Assembly (NCBI GenBank): GCA_040437565.1
Contig: JBDOQK010000066.1
Coordinates: forward strand, 124,001 to 185,216
Reading direction: 5' to 3'
Source: Albugo candida
Lineage: Eukaryota
DNA: 61,216 bases
Made by a program: the position numbers and the translations under genes. Positions within the stretch are counted from its first letter, which is position 1, and each line of letters begins with the position of its first letter. Of the stretch, positions 13,032 through 26,600 are shown piece by piece. The notes below the pieces were generated by a model, which saw only the letters and a program-made list of their open reading frames with translations, was not told where the DNA came from and did not search any database.

Positions 13032-15287
13032 TACAACTATTCTGATTCCAATGACGTAAAGACCTTAAGAAATGCAATAAAGCGTTTTTTTTAATAATGA
13101 TCGTCCTTACATTTCATACGCAACTCTACTGCTGCCACTGAACGCAGATCCGAAGACAGGGCATTGTATCGTTCTATCCTCTTGATTGGGAATCTTTGTA
13201 CAAGTGCTTGCTTTTTTTGTTAGACATAGAGCAGTGGAAGGAAAGAGCACCACGGCAATGGCATTGATCGTTAAATCAAGTACATGTTTGACAGGTCTTC
13301 ATTCCGTTAAATGAGTGTGTGCCGTGAATGAAGCAGCAGTACGAGAGAAAATACTCTACTACACGAGTTCACTGTTCTAAGGCCATAAACCCACCAGAGC
13401 GATTCAAGTACTTGGTCGCTTAAGAGAAGGCGCCATGCGGTTACTTAGTGCGTACACTAAAGTTCAAGGACTTACACGAGGTACTCTGACGTTCAGTCAA
13501 CATCACCCATGCATAGCCAGAGAAGCCTCAACTTGGTTTGTTTGAGACAAGAAGATGCACTTTCATTCGCTTGCGTTTTGTTGATTTAGGTCGATTTTTG
13601 TGGGACTTGTATCTCATGTACCGTATCGAATATACGGCTAAAGTGTCAAATACCCCAATGATCGATGAATTTGCCATACACAAAAGCGATCCAAGCGAGA
13701 ATATTTTTTAGCCGTACAGTGAAAGCATTTCTAAAGCACTCCCTGAACTGATCATGAAAATTAATTCGGGACTGTAAATGATTGCACGCAAAAGACACCT
13801 ATCCAGAGTCCAATAAGAACAACATGGCGAAGCCGAGTAAATGAGATTCTGGTGTCTCAAAGCTGCCCAACTGCGTGATCTTTGCCCGCTTTTAGTTTTT
13901 AAATTGACAGAGTAAAGGATGGCCAATTTAAATACTTTCTGTGCTTGCCAATGTGTTGAAGATGTAGTGCTACTTCGCTATCAGCGATTACTATGAATTC
14001 GATTTGGTGACTTCGTGATCAGCACTTTTAAGCAGATCATTGAAACAGAACCCAAACAATCGCTTGTGGTCAGATATTAGAAAACAGCAAGGCTTTCGGG
14101 GCTTCTAATATTTATGAAGAATGAGCGCTTTTTTGCTGATTTAGAATTCCATATGGAATAGTATGTCTAGCGTAAAGACGTGAGTATTCTTAAAAGAGGG
14201 GCTTTGAGACGTGATCGCTGTTACCGATGGCAAAAGACTTCAATTAACGATTTACCTATCCACCGATACACTTCATGGTACACCAGCGTAAGAAAAATAA
14301 CGGGAAGAATATGTCTCTAAGGACAGAAGCACATATCCAGCCGATCCCAGGTGCTCTACGATGTTGAGCGCTATGACCAAGAAGAGCAAGAAATGTTACG
14401 AATACACTAGAAAGCTAGCTAGTTCTTCTTCTCTCTTTCCACCGTGAAATTTAGTAGGAACGCAGCTAATTATTTATCGAAACAGGAGAAGATGTTTTGG
14501 TAAACCAATGCATCTCTTTATTATGTCGTGAAAATCAAGCTACCTACTCGCCACGACAATGGAGAGCACTGGTTTGTATCAATTTCTGATCTAAAAACTC
14601 GCTAGCAATCATTTCTCGAATACCACTTCTGTAGATTCTCAATCATATCGGGGATAAATCGTGTCCCGAAAATGACAGTGTGAATGTAGCCACGAAGCAA
14701 TCACTACGTTTCATTACCTACATAGTTGAATGAGTATCGGCGCCATCACCGAAAAATAGTTATAAAAAAAATCTCTGATCGAGGTGGTGATATCTTGCAA
14801 ACACGAAAATGCAACTTATGACTAATGTATGATCGGCTTGAAGAAAAACTTACCGCCTTTAGCATGCAGGAATAGCAACTATCTCGACAGAGCTTTGCGG
14901 GAATAATCTGTCTCAGTGTACATTGCACATTGCGGTCGAAAAGAGTCGATATTTGTATTCCACCAAGATGAAAAATCGTCCCATTTGGAGTGAGACCAAC
15001 TAAGAAACCTCATTATCTCCAATATTGAATGCACCAAAATCCGAACGTTTTACTCCAAATATGCTGGTTCAGGGGACCGCTATACTGATACATCAAATAC
15101 TTCGTATGCTTGCGGTAACTACTTTCTGATCGCGATGGTCAAACTGGGCCGAAGCCCTTCGAATCAATTTTTTCATTTCGGATATCATTGATCTCTATAG
15201 CGGAGATATTGAAATTGCAATTCTTATTCGAGTGCATTTTGGTAGAAGATGTACCCTTAGCAAAGTCAAAAACTTGGTGGTATTTGG

Positions 15288-15572
15288 TTGAAGATACGCT
15301 GCTTAGTAGTGAATGATCTGACTGACATGGTGCACGTAAGTTGTCAAAGGCGATGTATCATTTGGGAAATAGAGTTTAAATTGGGAGACATGATGTGCGC
15401 TTCTCAAGTTGGCATTATCAAACATTTTGTTGAGAGAGAAAAAACCATTACATTACAGATCGGTGAATATGAACTATCAGGTTGTTTCTTCATCGTAAAA
15501 AAGCTGTTGAAATTGTGTGCAGATCAACTTGAAATGAGGTTGTCGTCATCTGCTTACCATGTCATAAGTTGA
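15288..15572 (+). pseudogene. Possible Ctf8-like relic
   Basis: TITLQIGEYELSGCFFIVKK weakly resembles the Ctf8 L.IG.H.L.GK...L.KP motif. Non-ATG start and no other support. Confidence 0.2.
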
Positions 15573-17684
15573 TAAGATTATCGGTCACCACGACAAATTT
15601 CTACAAAGTATCAAACGCGTAACAAATTACCTCAAACTTTTACACGACCGTACCTCAAGAATCTTACGATCCAGATGCGTAAGAACTCACTCAAGGTGCA
15701 TTTCAGCTCGTGTACAGGACATCCACATCGGTATGCTTCGAAAACATCAGAGCTGTTACCTGAGACGATTCGAAAGCTCGAAACTTTTTTTGCGATGGAT
15801 TTCAGCGAAAACAATGACAGAATTCAGGTGGTATCCGTAGCTAATTAGAACACAATTGCGTGTCTAAGATGCAGCTAGACCAAGTCACACCGGACGATAG
15901 AATGGGCTCGATATACGTGTGCAATCGATGCGCGCAAGTGGATCAGGCTACGCAGAGAATTCTCAAATTGTTATCAAATACCTTGTCAAAGCAGATCAAT
16001 CAAACGACTATATGGAGCCGCTGACATGTTTGAAGCATTTGCTTCCCACTCCTCATAGATTTCGTGCAGTACATGAATAATGTGCTACAAAATTTCAAAT
16101 AAAACCAGTGCTCCATGGTGCACACTATAAATCAAACCAGACGCTTTTGCTCTATTTATTATCATCATCCAATTTTGAATCGAAGTCAAGTAGCATGTCA
16201 TGCCGATTTGCAACCCCGGGAATTCATTAATCAATCATTGATGAATTCACGCAATCAGCACGGTCGTTTTATCGTACATTTGATGTATTTTTCTAAGCAA
16301 GTGTGATATATCTTAATATGCACTCCTATCGTCCGATATCATCCCCAGCTCTTTCCTTCTATTAGTCAAGTCAGACGGACTGTATTGCTGTGCGATATTC
16401 TTAGGCTTTTACGTAAACTTTGAGATTTCTCAAACCTCAAGGGAATAGTTAACCACCATAATGGCACAATGGATGAACGATCATGTAAGGTGCAAAGTAG
16501 CTGAAGCCGAAACGAGAAAGTCTCATAAATCACTAAAATGCAATCTATTCAGAGCTGTGACTCGTTTCTCAATATTCCTTACATCTCATTTCAAAAGCCT
16601 CCTAAACCCCAGGCGCCTAACAATGATCATCGATTGTTAGTGGAGATGGTCTTGATAATAAGGTATCGCTTTCTCAAGCTATCTCTTTTCATCTCGCTCC
16701 GTTTTAGTATGCTATTGTACCCTTATTTTGTCGCCTCATGTAGCCTTGATATTTGCTCCTTTAGCGGAGATTCGTGCACTTTTCCTGTTGTTACTTTCCA
16801 TTTCTTAATTTTACGACAAAAGCAGCATCACCATGGTTGTTTCCTTTGCGTCACATAATTTTTTCAGTGCATCAGGTCCATGTACCATGTCATGTGCGTC
16901 AACGTGAAATTTCCCACAAAAGAACCAAACGTCGAGCTTCATTCGAAGATCTTGAGGACAACCCGTGAGTGCTTCACTTTGTTCTGACTTGCGATCAGCT
17001 TTTCGTCCTTTGCACAACGCTACACCCAATACTTCGCGATTAAAACGACTCGCGTCTTTTGATCAAGCTACAGTCAAGATAGATCGAAATTATATTGGAA
17101 GAACGTCCGGCCGCTCCCTATTGTTTTGCTACTCTTCTCTCCATCAACGCTAAGCATGAATCGTTTGATTTGATTGCGCTTTGCCTACTTTAATTCACTC
17201 TGTGATTGCTGCGATTGAATTGTATACGTTCGGCCATTATTGTATTCGAATTGGAACTGCTCTCCGCGCTTCGTTCACATAAACGAAAACGATGATATAA
17301 AAAGCTACTAGCCTCAGATTGCCCGAATATTGCACGGAAACAACCACAGCCAGTGCAAGCTGTGGTCTGTTGCTAGAATGGATAGAAATGATTATTGGTC
17401 CGCACACCATATCGATGAAGCACACAAATGGAAGAAATCACGATCATGTGGTGCATACCTACTGAGCGTATGCGATGACGTATGAGATAGTTTTGTCAAT
17501 CAGCTACAAAATTATGTAAAGCTGTCTGCAGCATTGTATGGTGCAGCGTCACGTGTTAGTGTGAATACAACCAATTTATCTTACTCGACTAAAGAATAGC
17601 TGTACACAAATGGATAAATCATACTGCGGGTGCTCAGGTAGATTATCTTATAGGCAAACAAAGCAATTCTCATAGTGTGATGAT

Positions 17685-18860
17685 TTAGAGGATTCTAGCA
17701 GCCAACTGTTTAGAAGGTGTCACAAAGGCAATGATGTATTTTTCTGAGTTGCCGTCTTTTTGGAATGCGATACCGTTAGTCCTGCTAAGTGTAGCTACAA
17801 TGACCCATTCATCATTTTTACTGAGTCGAGCTGCCAAGTAGCACTTCGTGTCGCTCTCCCGTATAATATAATTCGCTTCTGAAAATCTGAATACTGGATC
17901 TCCATTTTCTTTAAATACGAAAATCGGAGGATTCGGACGGGTGAATAAATCACAAGAAATTAATGATTGTTTGATTCTCTTACCGTAGTGGGCCACCAAT
18001 TCATTAAATGCCCATTCTGGAAAATAACTGACAACATCGGAAAAGTCGAAATATACCGGTTCGTCACCTTCTAAGTGACTCTGGTCATCAGCAATGTCAT
18101 ATGTGAATTCAAATGGACCGATGTGTAGGCCAGCATTGTCATTCGGGATTAAGTGATAATTGCCCCATTCGCGATTGTCCACTTCTTCTGTTGTTGTTAG
18201 CGTCAGGGTTGGCGAGGGATCATTTGCCGCCCACTCCATCACGACGTTTCGTTCTTGGCTGCTTTTCCCGCCACTCTTAACAAGATTGAAGCTGAACAAT
18301 TCGCAGTCGTATTTTTTTTGCCTCTTTTAAGCTTCTGTATGATTTAATTGTCGTTGCGTCGGCTGGAGTCAATCCAAGTAAAGTATCTTTCATATGATCG
18401 CAGTCGTCTTTGGTTGTGGTATTAGTACCTTAACCGAAGATCGGTCGACTTTGTCTTTCTTGTCGAGCACGAGACGGATCGTGAGCGCATTCGAATACTG
18501 GAATGCCACATAAAGCCAAACGAGTTTCTTTATAGCCATCATTGTTGTTGATGGTGAATTCCAACTCCAGTGGCTCCGCTACACCGCACAATACAAAAGT
18601 GGGACAGAACTCTTCTTGGTTGGTCAGTGATTGTATTTGAAATTCTATCGAAAGATGTTGAGGACTAGGTACAAACATTTATAAGCCAATGCTTGTGCAG
18701 CAATGTTGTGCGATTGTACTGTTGACGCAGTCAATTTCTGCGTATAAATTTGGAATCGAATGCCGAATGGAGCTTTGAGAGTACCTCTAAGACTTGCTTT
18801 TGTATCGCTTCTTACAAGGTTTGCAGAAGAATGGAGGAAAAAGGTCCTGCAAGATTTCAT
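17685..18860 (-). pseudogene. Pepsin-fold (A1 aspartic protease-like) protein lacking catalytic motifs; 5' half interrupted
   Basis: PSPQHLSIEFQIQS (cf. GTPPQ.F.V.FDTGS), DTLLGL (cf. DGILGL), LFSFNL, VYFDFSDVVSYFP (cf. AIIDSGTS...P), ISCD..P.FVF, NYII...KCYL, EWVIVATLSR..IAFQ (cf. WILGD.FLR.Y..FD), IIAF. Stops and frameshifts lie upstream of 18299. Confidence 0.7.
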
Positions 18861-21800
18861 ACATTAAATGTTTATGATCTGAAGAATCTAGACAAATGCC
18901 AAGTAGCTTTTTCTGATGCTTTACGCACGCCGGTGAATTGACAAGATTAGGCTACCTGCTTAACATAGTACTCCTCCCGGTTTGAACATGATTACTATTC
19001 ACTCTCGTCATATTGGGTCTTGGGGGAATAGAGAATCGTAATTCAAACAAAATGTCAATACTCGTTCGTTTTTTATACTTGGTAGCTCCAACCATGTGTA
19101 CATATAAAACGAAAAAAAGAGTTTGCTGATCTACGAGCGTAGAGCTATAGCCACTATGCTGTTACTACATGTTTGCATTGCACTCATTTTTGTTTGTTAG
19201 CCTTAATAGTAAGTACCTCCCATCTGGATGCAATGCACTATTGCATCGGAATCATGTGCTGTACAAAATAGGCTATTTCGCGAATCTGTCTCTGAAATAG
19301 TGATTCGTGGTGCTGATAAACCAAAACTCTCCACAAAAATGAGCTTCATAATAAATAATGACACTTTGCAGCTTTTGCTGATACTTACCTTGATCGATAT
19401 CATCAGCAATGCTATATGGAGAATAATTACATCTACCACACAAGCTGCGAGATTTCAATACTATACTAAGATCATGTTAGGTCAGTCGTAATTCTGGTTT
19501 CTTGTAGCGCTCAAGATTGTTTGGTATCACAAGAGAGGTACTGCTTTTGAATGCTAGGATCTTGGGTAATTCCCTACGGCTATGTACATCTCACAGCATT
19601 AACTAAATCGCCGTGGTTGGTCTGAAAAAAAAGTGCAATCTAGGAGCGGTCTTGAAAGAAGCGTACAAATGGCGTTGAAAAATAGCGTCGAATACTATCG
19701 ACTGACAGCAGCAACTACGATTCGATCAATACGAGACATGATGACTAGAATGCTCATCTCATCAATCAATCATGACTCGTTTCCATCGTCAGCTAAACTT
19801 CGGACATATTCTCCTTGCAGCGTACGTGCTGATAAATTTTCTGTACTGCTGCATCTGAGCGTAAATAAGACGGGACTAAATAACGTTTTTGAGGTCTGTA
19901 GATAATTTAGCATCTTGACGCGGTTGAAACAGCAGCGAGAGGGAATATTCTTTGCAGATAGCAACTGATAAATTCTACCCAATCTGTCTCGAAACCCTGA
20001 AAGTGCTAGTGCACTTTTTTTAAGCATCTGGAGATGCATATATGCTCCTCAATCATGCGCCACCATGCCCAGTGGCCAGATGAAGTGCTTATAGAACATA
20101 AGAGCAAAGTACTCGTTTTACATTGCATTTAGTAAAACTGGTTACTTTAAGGTCGGCAAGCGATGTAATCTCGAATTTGGTATCCATAAAATGTGCTCTG
20201 GCAAAATCATGCGTTTGTCGGAAGTGTCTTTTGTTTTTATATTTATGAAGCTCAGAAATGCGTAGTGCTTCCTGAAAACGAGTCTTTCATCAGTTTGAAT
20301 TGCGTCACATGGCTTCGAAATCTTGATCCCACAACGACGTTATCAACAAAGTGGTGCAGGGACCAACATACCTTGCTCAGAGATTCACAAACGCGACAAC
20401 GGCTACACCTGTAAAGGCAATTATCTTCCAATATGAGAAGTGAAAGTCGCTCGCTATATGGAATAGCACTGACATCCAAGATAAAGAGAGAGTTGCAATT
20501 CTGGAAAGCACACCAGCATCACCGCCGTACATTCTCAGCTCGTGCAGAGAATCTCTGACATGCTCTACATTGTTCTCATTCTATTCAAGTGCGGAGGGAC
20601 ATGAAGTTTCAACGACCGATTTTAGAACGTCAGGATATGTTTTGTATGAAGACCCTCGACTCTAAAACGTGTCGTGAATCACAGACCATCGATAGACGCA
20701 TGTTCAAAGCCAAAAGCGGAGCATTTAGATTTCCGCAGGGCTCCCCTCATCATCGATATAATAGGTAGAGAAACCAGAATTGGGAATTCGTGTCGTTGTA
20801 TCTCCTCGCGGGATAGTACGAACATCAGTGAGCATGTGACAGCTTCTACCGAACGTTCGGTGTATTCGTACACCGATACAACGCAAAACAAGAAGAAATT
20901 TCTGAGATTGGATGATTCACCTAGAATGATAAGGACGATACGAAATACCGGTTGCGCGCACTGCTCACCATTTATATCGGGCTCTTCGAGCTTGTGAAAC
21001 CAACTCAACAAATTCGCTCGCGTTGCAGTGTATAACTCGGACTATTCTTAAGTGCAGTGAGCGTAAAACCTTAAATCCTTGGTTGAATCAGATGTAATGC
21101 AGGGTACAGCTGTGAAACTGGAATTACAAAATATTCCGTGGCTGGCTGCTTGACCAGTTTCGACTACTGAAAGAGAAATTGGGAGCGCATAGTTTTCGTA
21201 ACAACTTCGCATACGTTGGACATGAGCTCAGAGATTGCTGAGAATTACCTTCAGTAATTCCATTTGATACAAGCTTGTACAATACTTCATACATGATTGA
21301 TGTTCCTCGCCGAAAGCTCTTCGTACAAGTGATAGACAGCATGCTGACCAGTGCATAGTGGTGACTGGTTTTTTCATTAGATCCAAGTACTATTTTCTTC
21401 GCATGTCACATTGAGTGCTACAAAGTCCGAGCATGTGAGATTCGTTTCTTGCCAATTTGACGACTCCAAATCATGACAATCTAAACTCTGTACGAAATGA
21501 TCGAATTCGTTCCTACTGTTAAATGGCAGTCGTACAGGTGGCATCATTCAAGTTTCGCTTTTGACAGCGAAAAGTCTGGTAAATACAGTGCTGCATAGCT
21601 TGCAAACTACGCAATTTCCAGAAAGAGATACGATTATAATGGAAAGCCTTTTCTCATCGCATGTACTGGTATACTTCCGTCGCGTCCTTTGTATCGTTGT
21701 TGTCTCACTTGACGACCGTAAACTTTGGAGCTTTGACGTCTGGGATTCGCTTAATTGGGCGACTGACAGAATTTATCTTCAGTTTAACCCTGAGTCAAGT

Positions 21801-22789
21801 CGAAAGCAACCTTGATGCGCTCCGCTTCATAGAAGCACATAATGTCGAGCATGGGCTGCAAATATTTGCGCTCAGAAATGTCCTCGAAGAAGCATTCTAA
21901 CTTAGCAGCTTTCGAATCCATCCTGAGAGATCAGAGAAGTGAGTCGCGACAGTTTTCAAGTTTCGATGCCTCAGAAACATGTAAGACATCCGGGGGCTAT
22001 CCACCAGGTACCCGTTTCCATCGAGGTAGGTATATCATCTAGAAAGTCAAACTGTTCACATGAATGCTGTCTGGTGTTCAATCTTCCCTAACTTTGATGT
22101 CACCACTTTCGCTATCGCATTTACTAGTTGGAAAGTGACCTGTGAATGAAATTTATAGATAATATAGTATTTTCTTTATGGCTCACACGATCGCTGTCCA
22201 AATAAGCATACTTTTACTTTTATCAACTTTGGGCAAGCCTTCTGAGCAAATGATCAAGTTGGTCTTAGAAAACGGGACTTCATTACATAAATTGAAGTTT
22301 TATCTCAGTCTGTACCCTTGCTGGTGTACCATATATGCATTCGGTAATCACTGGCAACTTCGAATCGTCGAATTTCCGTCCAGAATATTCTTTTTTTCAA
22401 GCGACTAATCAAAATGGTTCGAAGATACTCTTGTGGCTCCACAGAAAAACGATGTTGTTGATTTTCGTTTTCTAGTGCCAAATGCATCAATGTCTGCCAG
22501 CTTTTATACACAGATTGCGCCTGCGTGCTCCAGCAAGCACTTTTGATATTTTCAAATACTGACATTTGGACACACTCATGTGACTTCTGAAGGCGGTACG
22601 ATCGGATTGATTGCTTTTCAGTGGTTCGTGCGTCCCAAAATTGCCGGACTTTCCTTTCTTTCTTTCCCTCGCAGCTCTAATTGGTTGCANNNNNNNNNNN
22701 NNNNNNNNNNNNNNNNNNNNNNNNNNNNNNNNNNNNNNNNNNNNNNNNNNNNNNNNNNNNNNNNNNNNNNNNNNNNNNNNNNNNNNNNN

Positions 22790-22894
22790 GTGGGCTCAAA
22801 CCGCTGCCCACACTGCCGGGAATCGAACTAACGACCTCCGGCAGGGGGTCCGTGCGCTCAAGTGCTTAACCGACTGAGCTGGGTACGGACCCCC
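22790..22894 (-). ncRNA. tRNA-derived Pol III-type element (SINE-like), copy 1; 3' side runs into gap
   Basis: Minus strand reads GGGGGTCCGTACCCAGCTCAGTCGGTTAAGCACTTGAGCGCACGGACCCCCTGCCGGAGGTCGTTAGTTCGATTCCCGGCAGTGTGGGCAGCGGTTTGAGCCCAC, with A-box (CAGCTCAGTCGG) and B-box (GTTCGATTCC). Nearly identical to 47521-47625. Confidence 0.72.
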
Positions 22895-23199
22895 AATGAG
22901 GATAAGGAAGATAAGCGAGCGCGCTGAAGTTCTCGGGTACTTTACAAAATCTATCTACCCACCCGGTCCTACAGCGGTTTGTTGCTCTATCTACGTTGCG
23001 TTGAACAGATTCGAGGGTGAATCACATTCAAAGTGCCAACGTCACCTCTAAACCCAATTAAGCAACCTCCAAGAACAACATTCTCATCTACCATTTCACG
23101 TCATAGCATTACTAGGATCGATTTAAGCTGTCAAGGCTAGTCAAAGTTATCATCAATATCGAGTTGCGAAGATATAAGCACGAGCTTGGAAGCCCACGG

Positions 23200-24620
23200 G
23201 GTGGTGTACATAGTCTAATTCTGGCGAAAGCACCAGGACGTTCTATAGCTTAGCCATTCCCGATATAATGTAGGTAGCGAGTCTTACGCTCGATTGCTAC
23301 CTATAAGTCTGATACCGTCAAGATACACATCGCGATTATTTTGACCGAAACACCTCGAGCTATCAAAGACGCAAGAAGCGACGACGGCGATATTGTAGAT
23401 ACATCTATTTCGTTTCAAATACATAGTTCTTACTTGCCACTTCGCTGTTTACCTCTGTTGTAGAACGCAGCTAACATTGATCGCGAATTTCGCTGTAATA
23501 ATTCTGAATGTACCAACGCATATGGCTCCACGGGCTCCTTAACTCAATCAACGGCTGAAGCATGTACAGCCAAACGCGAATCTCTTAAAATTCAGGTGAG
23601 ATATATTTGACCTCTTCTCTTGCCTAAAAGGCGTTGACGGCTGCCTACAGACAGATTCTGCAATCTATGCAAATCTGCCAAAGAGCTCATTAGTTTCGAC
23701 AGCATTATCTTTCACTCACCACAGCCATCGTAACGTGAACATTTGTCCGACAACCAAAGATGGTACGATTAGATATTGCTATGGCCCTTACATGAAGTAA
23801 AAAAAGACAATGTCTAGACATGCTACAATCCCTAGTCGGATCAGAGCAGTCACATCCAGATTGCAAATTCACAAAAACTGACCAGCATGGCATACCTTCA
23901 AAGCCAAATATGCGATCGAGATCCAATTAGTTACCCTTTTGAGTATCGAATGGATGTATCTAAATGCACCTGAGTGCTTATTAAAGGGTAGTAGAATATC
24001 AGGGTCAGTAGAAGGTAATGCAGCACAACCTGGATGAAGATCTCCCGTTAGGATAAAAGCTCAATCTCGCTCCCAATATTTTGTGGATCAGAGATATGCA
24101 AATTCTCCATCCATGGACGCTGTATCTCAATCGAATATATTCAAGTCAAGTGGATGCTTAGAGGATAGTTCTCATAAAACCTCGTCAGGTCTAAACCAGG
24201 TAGCCATGAGTCTCTTTCATCACGATTGATTATCATGCATCATCACGAATTCAAATAACAAAAGGAGCCCGTGCGATTGCTGGTACTCGCTTGTGCTATT
24301 ATTTTTATCGCTTTATAGTAATTTCTCTCATTATAGCAGTGGATATATCCAAAGAAGCAAACTCTGATGATCCCGAGATCATGATCGACGTCAGCGTCTT
24401 TGAGAATGTACCACTTTTAGCACTTGATCCGAGAAACCTCAGCAATAAGCTCAATGAGGTGGACTCACAATTGAGTTCCTACAGGATCGGAGCTGGAGAA
24501 TATGACAGCGACAGCAGAATCAACCCTTTATTTTTGATCTGTGCGCAATTTGACTCAGTTTCTTATTTACAGCAGCAATGCTTTTGAATGGGAAGCATTC
24601 ATCCGTCCCTCCTGGATAGT
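23200..24620 (+). pseudogene. CEBPZ/Mak21/NOC1-like relic (CBF domain), heavily decayed
   Basis: EYDSDSRINPLFLICAQ...KH(F)HPSL (cf. YDP..RNPLF..A....WEL..L..HFHPSV); LHGLLNSING (cf. LSALLTGVNRA); IPSRIRAVTSRLQI (cf. R.KAF.KRLLQ). Boundaries approximate. Confidence 0.42.
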
Positions 24621-24659
24621 ACCTCCATCTTCACCTGTTCGTGTGCTGTAATTGATATC

Positions 24660-26600
24660 TGATATCCACACAGAACTTTGAGGACACGAAGGACAAGTTA
24701 TTTACTGGAAAAACATTCTCGCTTACTCGAACAATATTATATTCCCAACGATATCACTCTATCGTTTCTTCGAGTAATTATAGTGGATATCCTGCTCAGC
24801 CTAGTCTACTTGAATGAGCCGATTATACCACACGAGACACTATCACGTCCTCCGCATATGAGATGAATGTCCAACCTTGATCTTTAGGAATCTTGTGCCA
24901 CGACTGATCGACGACTTACTTGTTCCACTCCAGTCTTTGACACCTAGAAGTCAGCCTGATGCATCTCTTCTCATTGATAATACACTGCAGGAATTATGAA
25001 ATAGAAAAGGTTTGTATGATAGAAATGAGTGAAGAAGCGATGAGCAGGACAGGCAATATCTATTTGTCATTAGTATACCAGCATAAAATACATGTGATAA
25101 TTCGACTATATTCACGCAACTCCAATCGCGATCGGCTTACGAGAGGATTGTAGCCTGCGGCCGCTGATTTCCCCAGAGGTATATGATACACATTGTCTAG
25201 ACGATTGAAGCATGTGATATCCGGTTCACATGGTGTCCTGGTAGTTATAGCGAAGATCGGTGCTGTTATCTATGGCGCTTTCTTGTGAAAAAGAATTGTA
25301 ATTATATGAAATAGTGAACAGACCATGCGCATGCGCCTCTTGTCATCATAAAACGGACAATGAGAAGCAACCGTATCGTGTCTTTTTATCTGTGATCCAA
25401 TAATGACGAATATGCGCAGCCTCATATTCAGATTCAGAGCATGGAGTGTCATGTCCGATAGAGTTCTACAAAGATCCATAGTAGTATTCATGACGTATTG
25501 TATCAATCAAGCTTCACGTGCTTTTTTTATAATCACTCTCTTGAGATGGTCGTCGGAGTGTGCTCCCAGTTTTTTTTTCTCGCTTGAACTTCCAAAATAC
25601 GACCAGTGCTTGTGTTGCAAAGCTTGTACCCGGTCTATTTTCGTTATGATCCTTTTGTGGCAAAAATGCAGCGAGGACATCAGTCCCAAGCAGGACGGCC
25701 GTGTTAAATACAAATACTCGCTCCACAGTGGCTCTGATATTATGAATGAGACTTATTACAATAAAGCATGCACGCCGACCACATCCTTGTTTTCTCAAGC
25801 TGGTATTTATTGTCTATTCGGCGGCCATAAGTAGTAAAGATCTGCAAATAATCTAATGGCGATTAAAATTTGTTTCGCTTTCTAATCGGCGCTTCTAATT
25901 GAGAATGTATATTTATGTACGAAAGTCACATAAGCAAATGGCAAAACCTTTTCCAAATTCACTAAAGGAGCGAATAGTTACTTCAATATCTATTGCTGAC
26001 AGTGACTCTAGCAACACATAGGATGTTTTTCGTCGCAGTTGAGTGTCCCATCTAAGCATTGAATGCCATCAATGCACAATTCCACCAGCGGTATCGGATA
26101 CTATTGGGGCGCTCGATGAGATCTTTTTAAGAAGTGTGTAGAGCGCTTATGATGCGGTAGAATGGCAGAAGGCGTTTGATTTGATCCTGCAAAAATTGAA
26201 GTAAGCACTGCATCTACTTTCATGAGCTATGCTGAATTTAGATACTTTAGAAAGCTTGGCTCCATTGATAAAATCAAATGTCTTTTCTCGTGGGGGCTAG
26301 ACTCTTTATCAAGGAATGAATTTAAGCACTGTAAATGCTCACGCAGACTCTATCCCACTTGCATTAATTCTATACGATGCATCGCATTCGCATCCATCTC
26401 TCTTCATGAATATGAAACCATCATAAATCACCGAATAAATCACTGTATTGACCTCAGACGAAGTAAAATGTGTTATCGCTTCGTGTTCTATGACATGAAA
26501 TTTATAGCAAAGAGTACAATTAGAGACGATTTGCAAGAACTACATTTCGCGACCTTCTTCGAGTTTCTCGTGTTGACAAGAAGTCATCACATCTTGACCT
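24660..26600 (-). pseudogene. NOC3-like relic (CBF domain), heavily decayed
   Basis: Colinear fragments ASYRI; SSEKKKLGAHSD...IIKKAREA*LIQYVM...HALNLNMRLRIFVII; EQVSRRSVVA; SCGIIGS; GYPL*LLEE; NDRVISLGI resemble successive NOC3 segments (PSYKI; STEKKLKLHTE..ILKKA..LL..V..AHLIN; KQVSQQRALA; SIGILA; FPK..LLLDSE). Confidence 0.5.

Noticed and set aside
19200..22600. Short ORFs here and in 13100-17200, 40400-46900 and 54600-57100
   Set aside because: Possibly further eroded genes, but no family motif could be recognised by eye.
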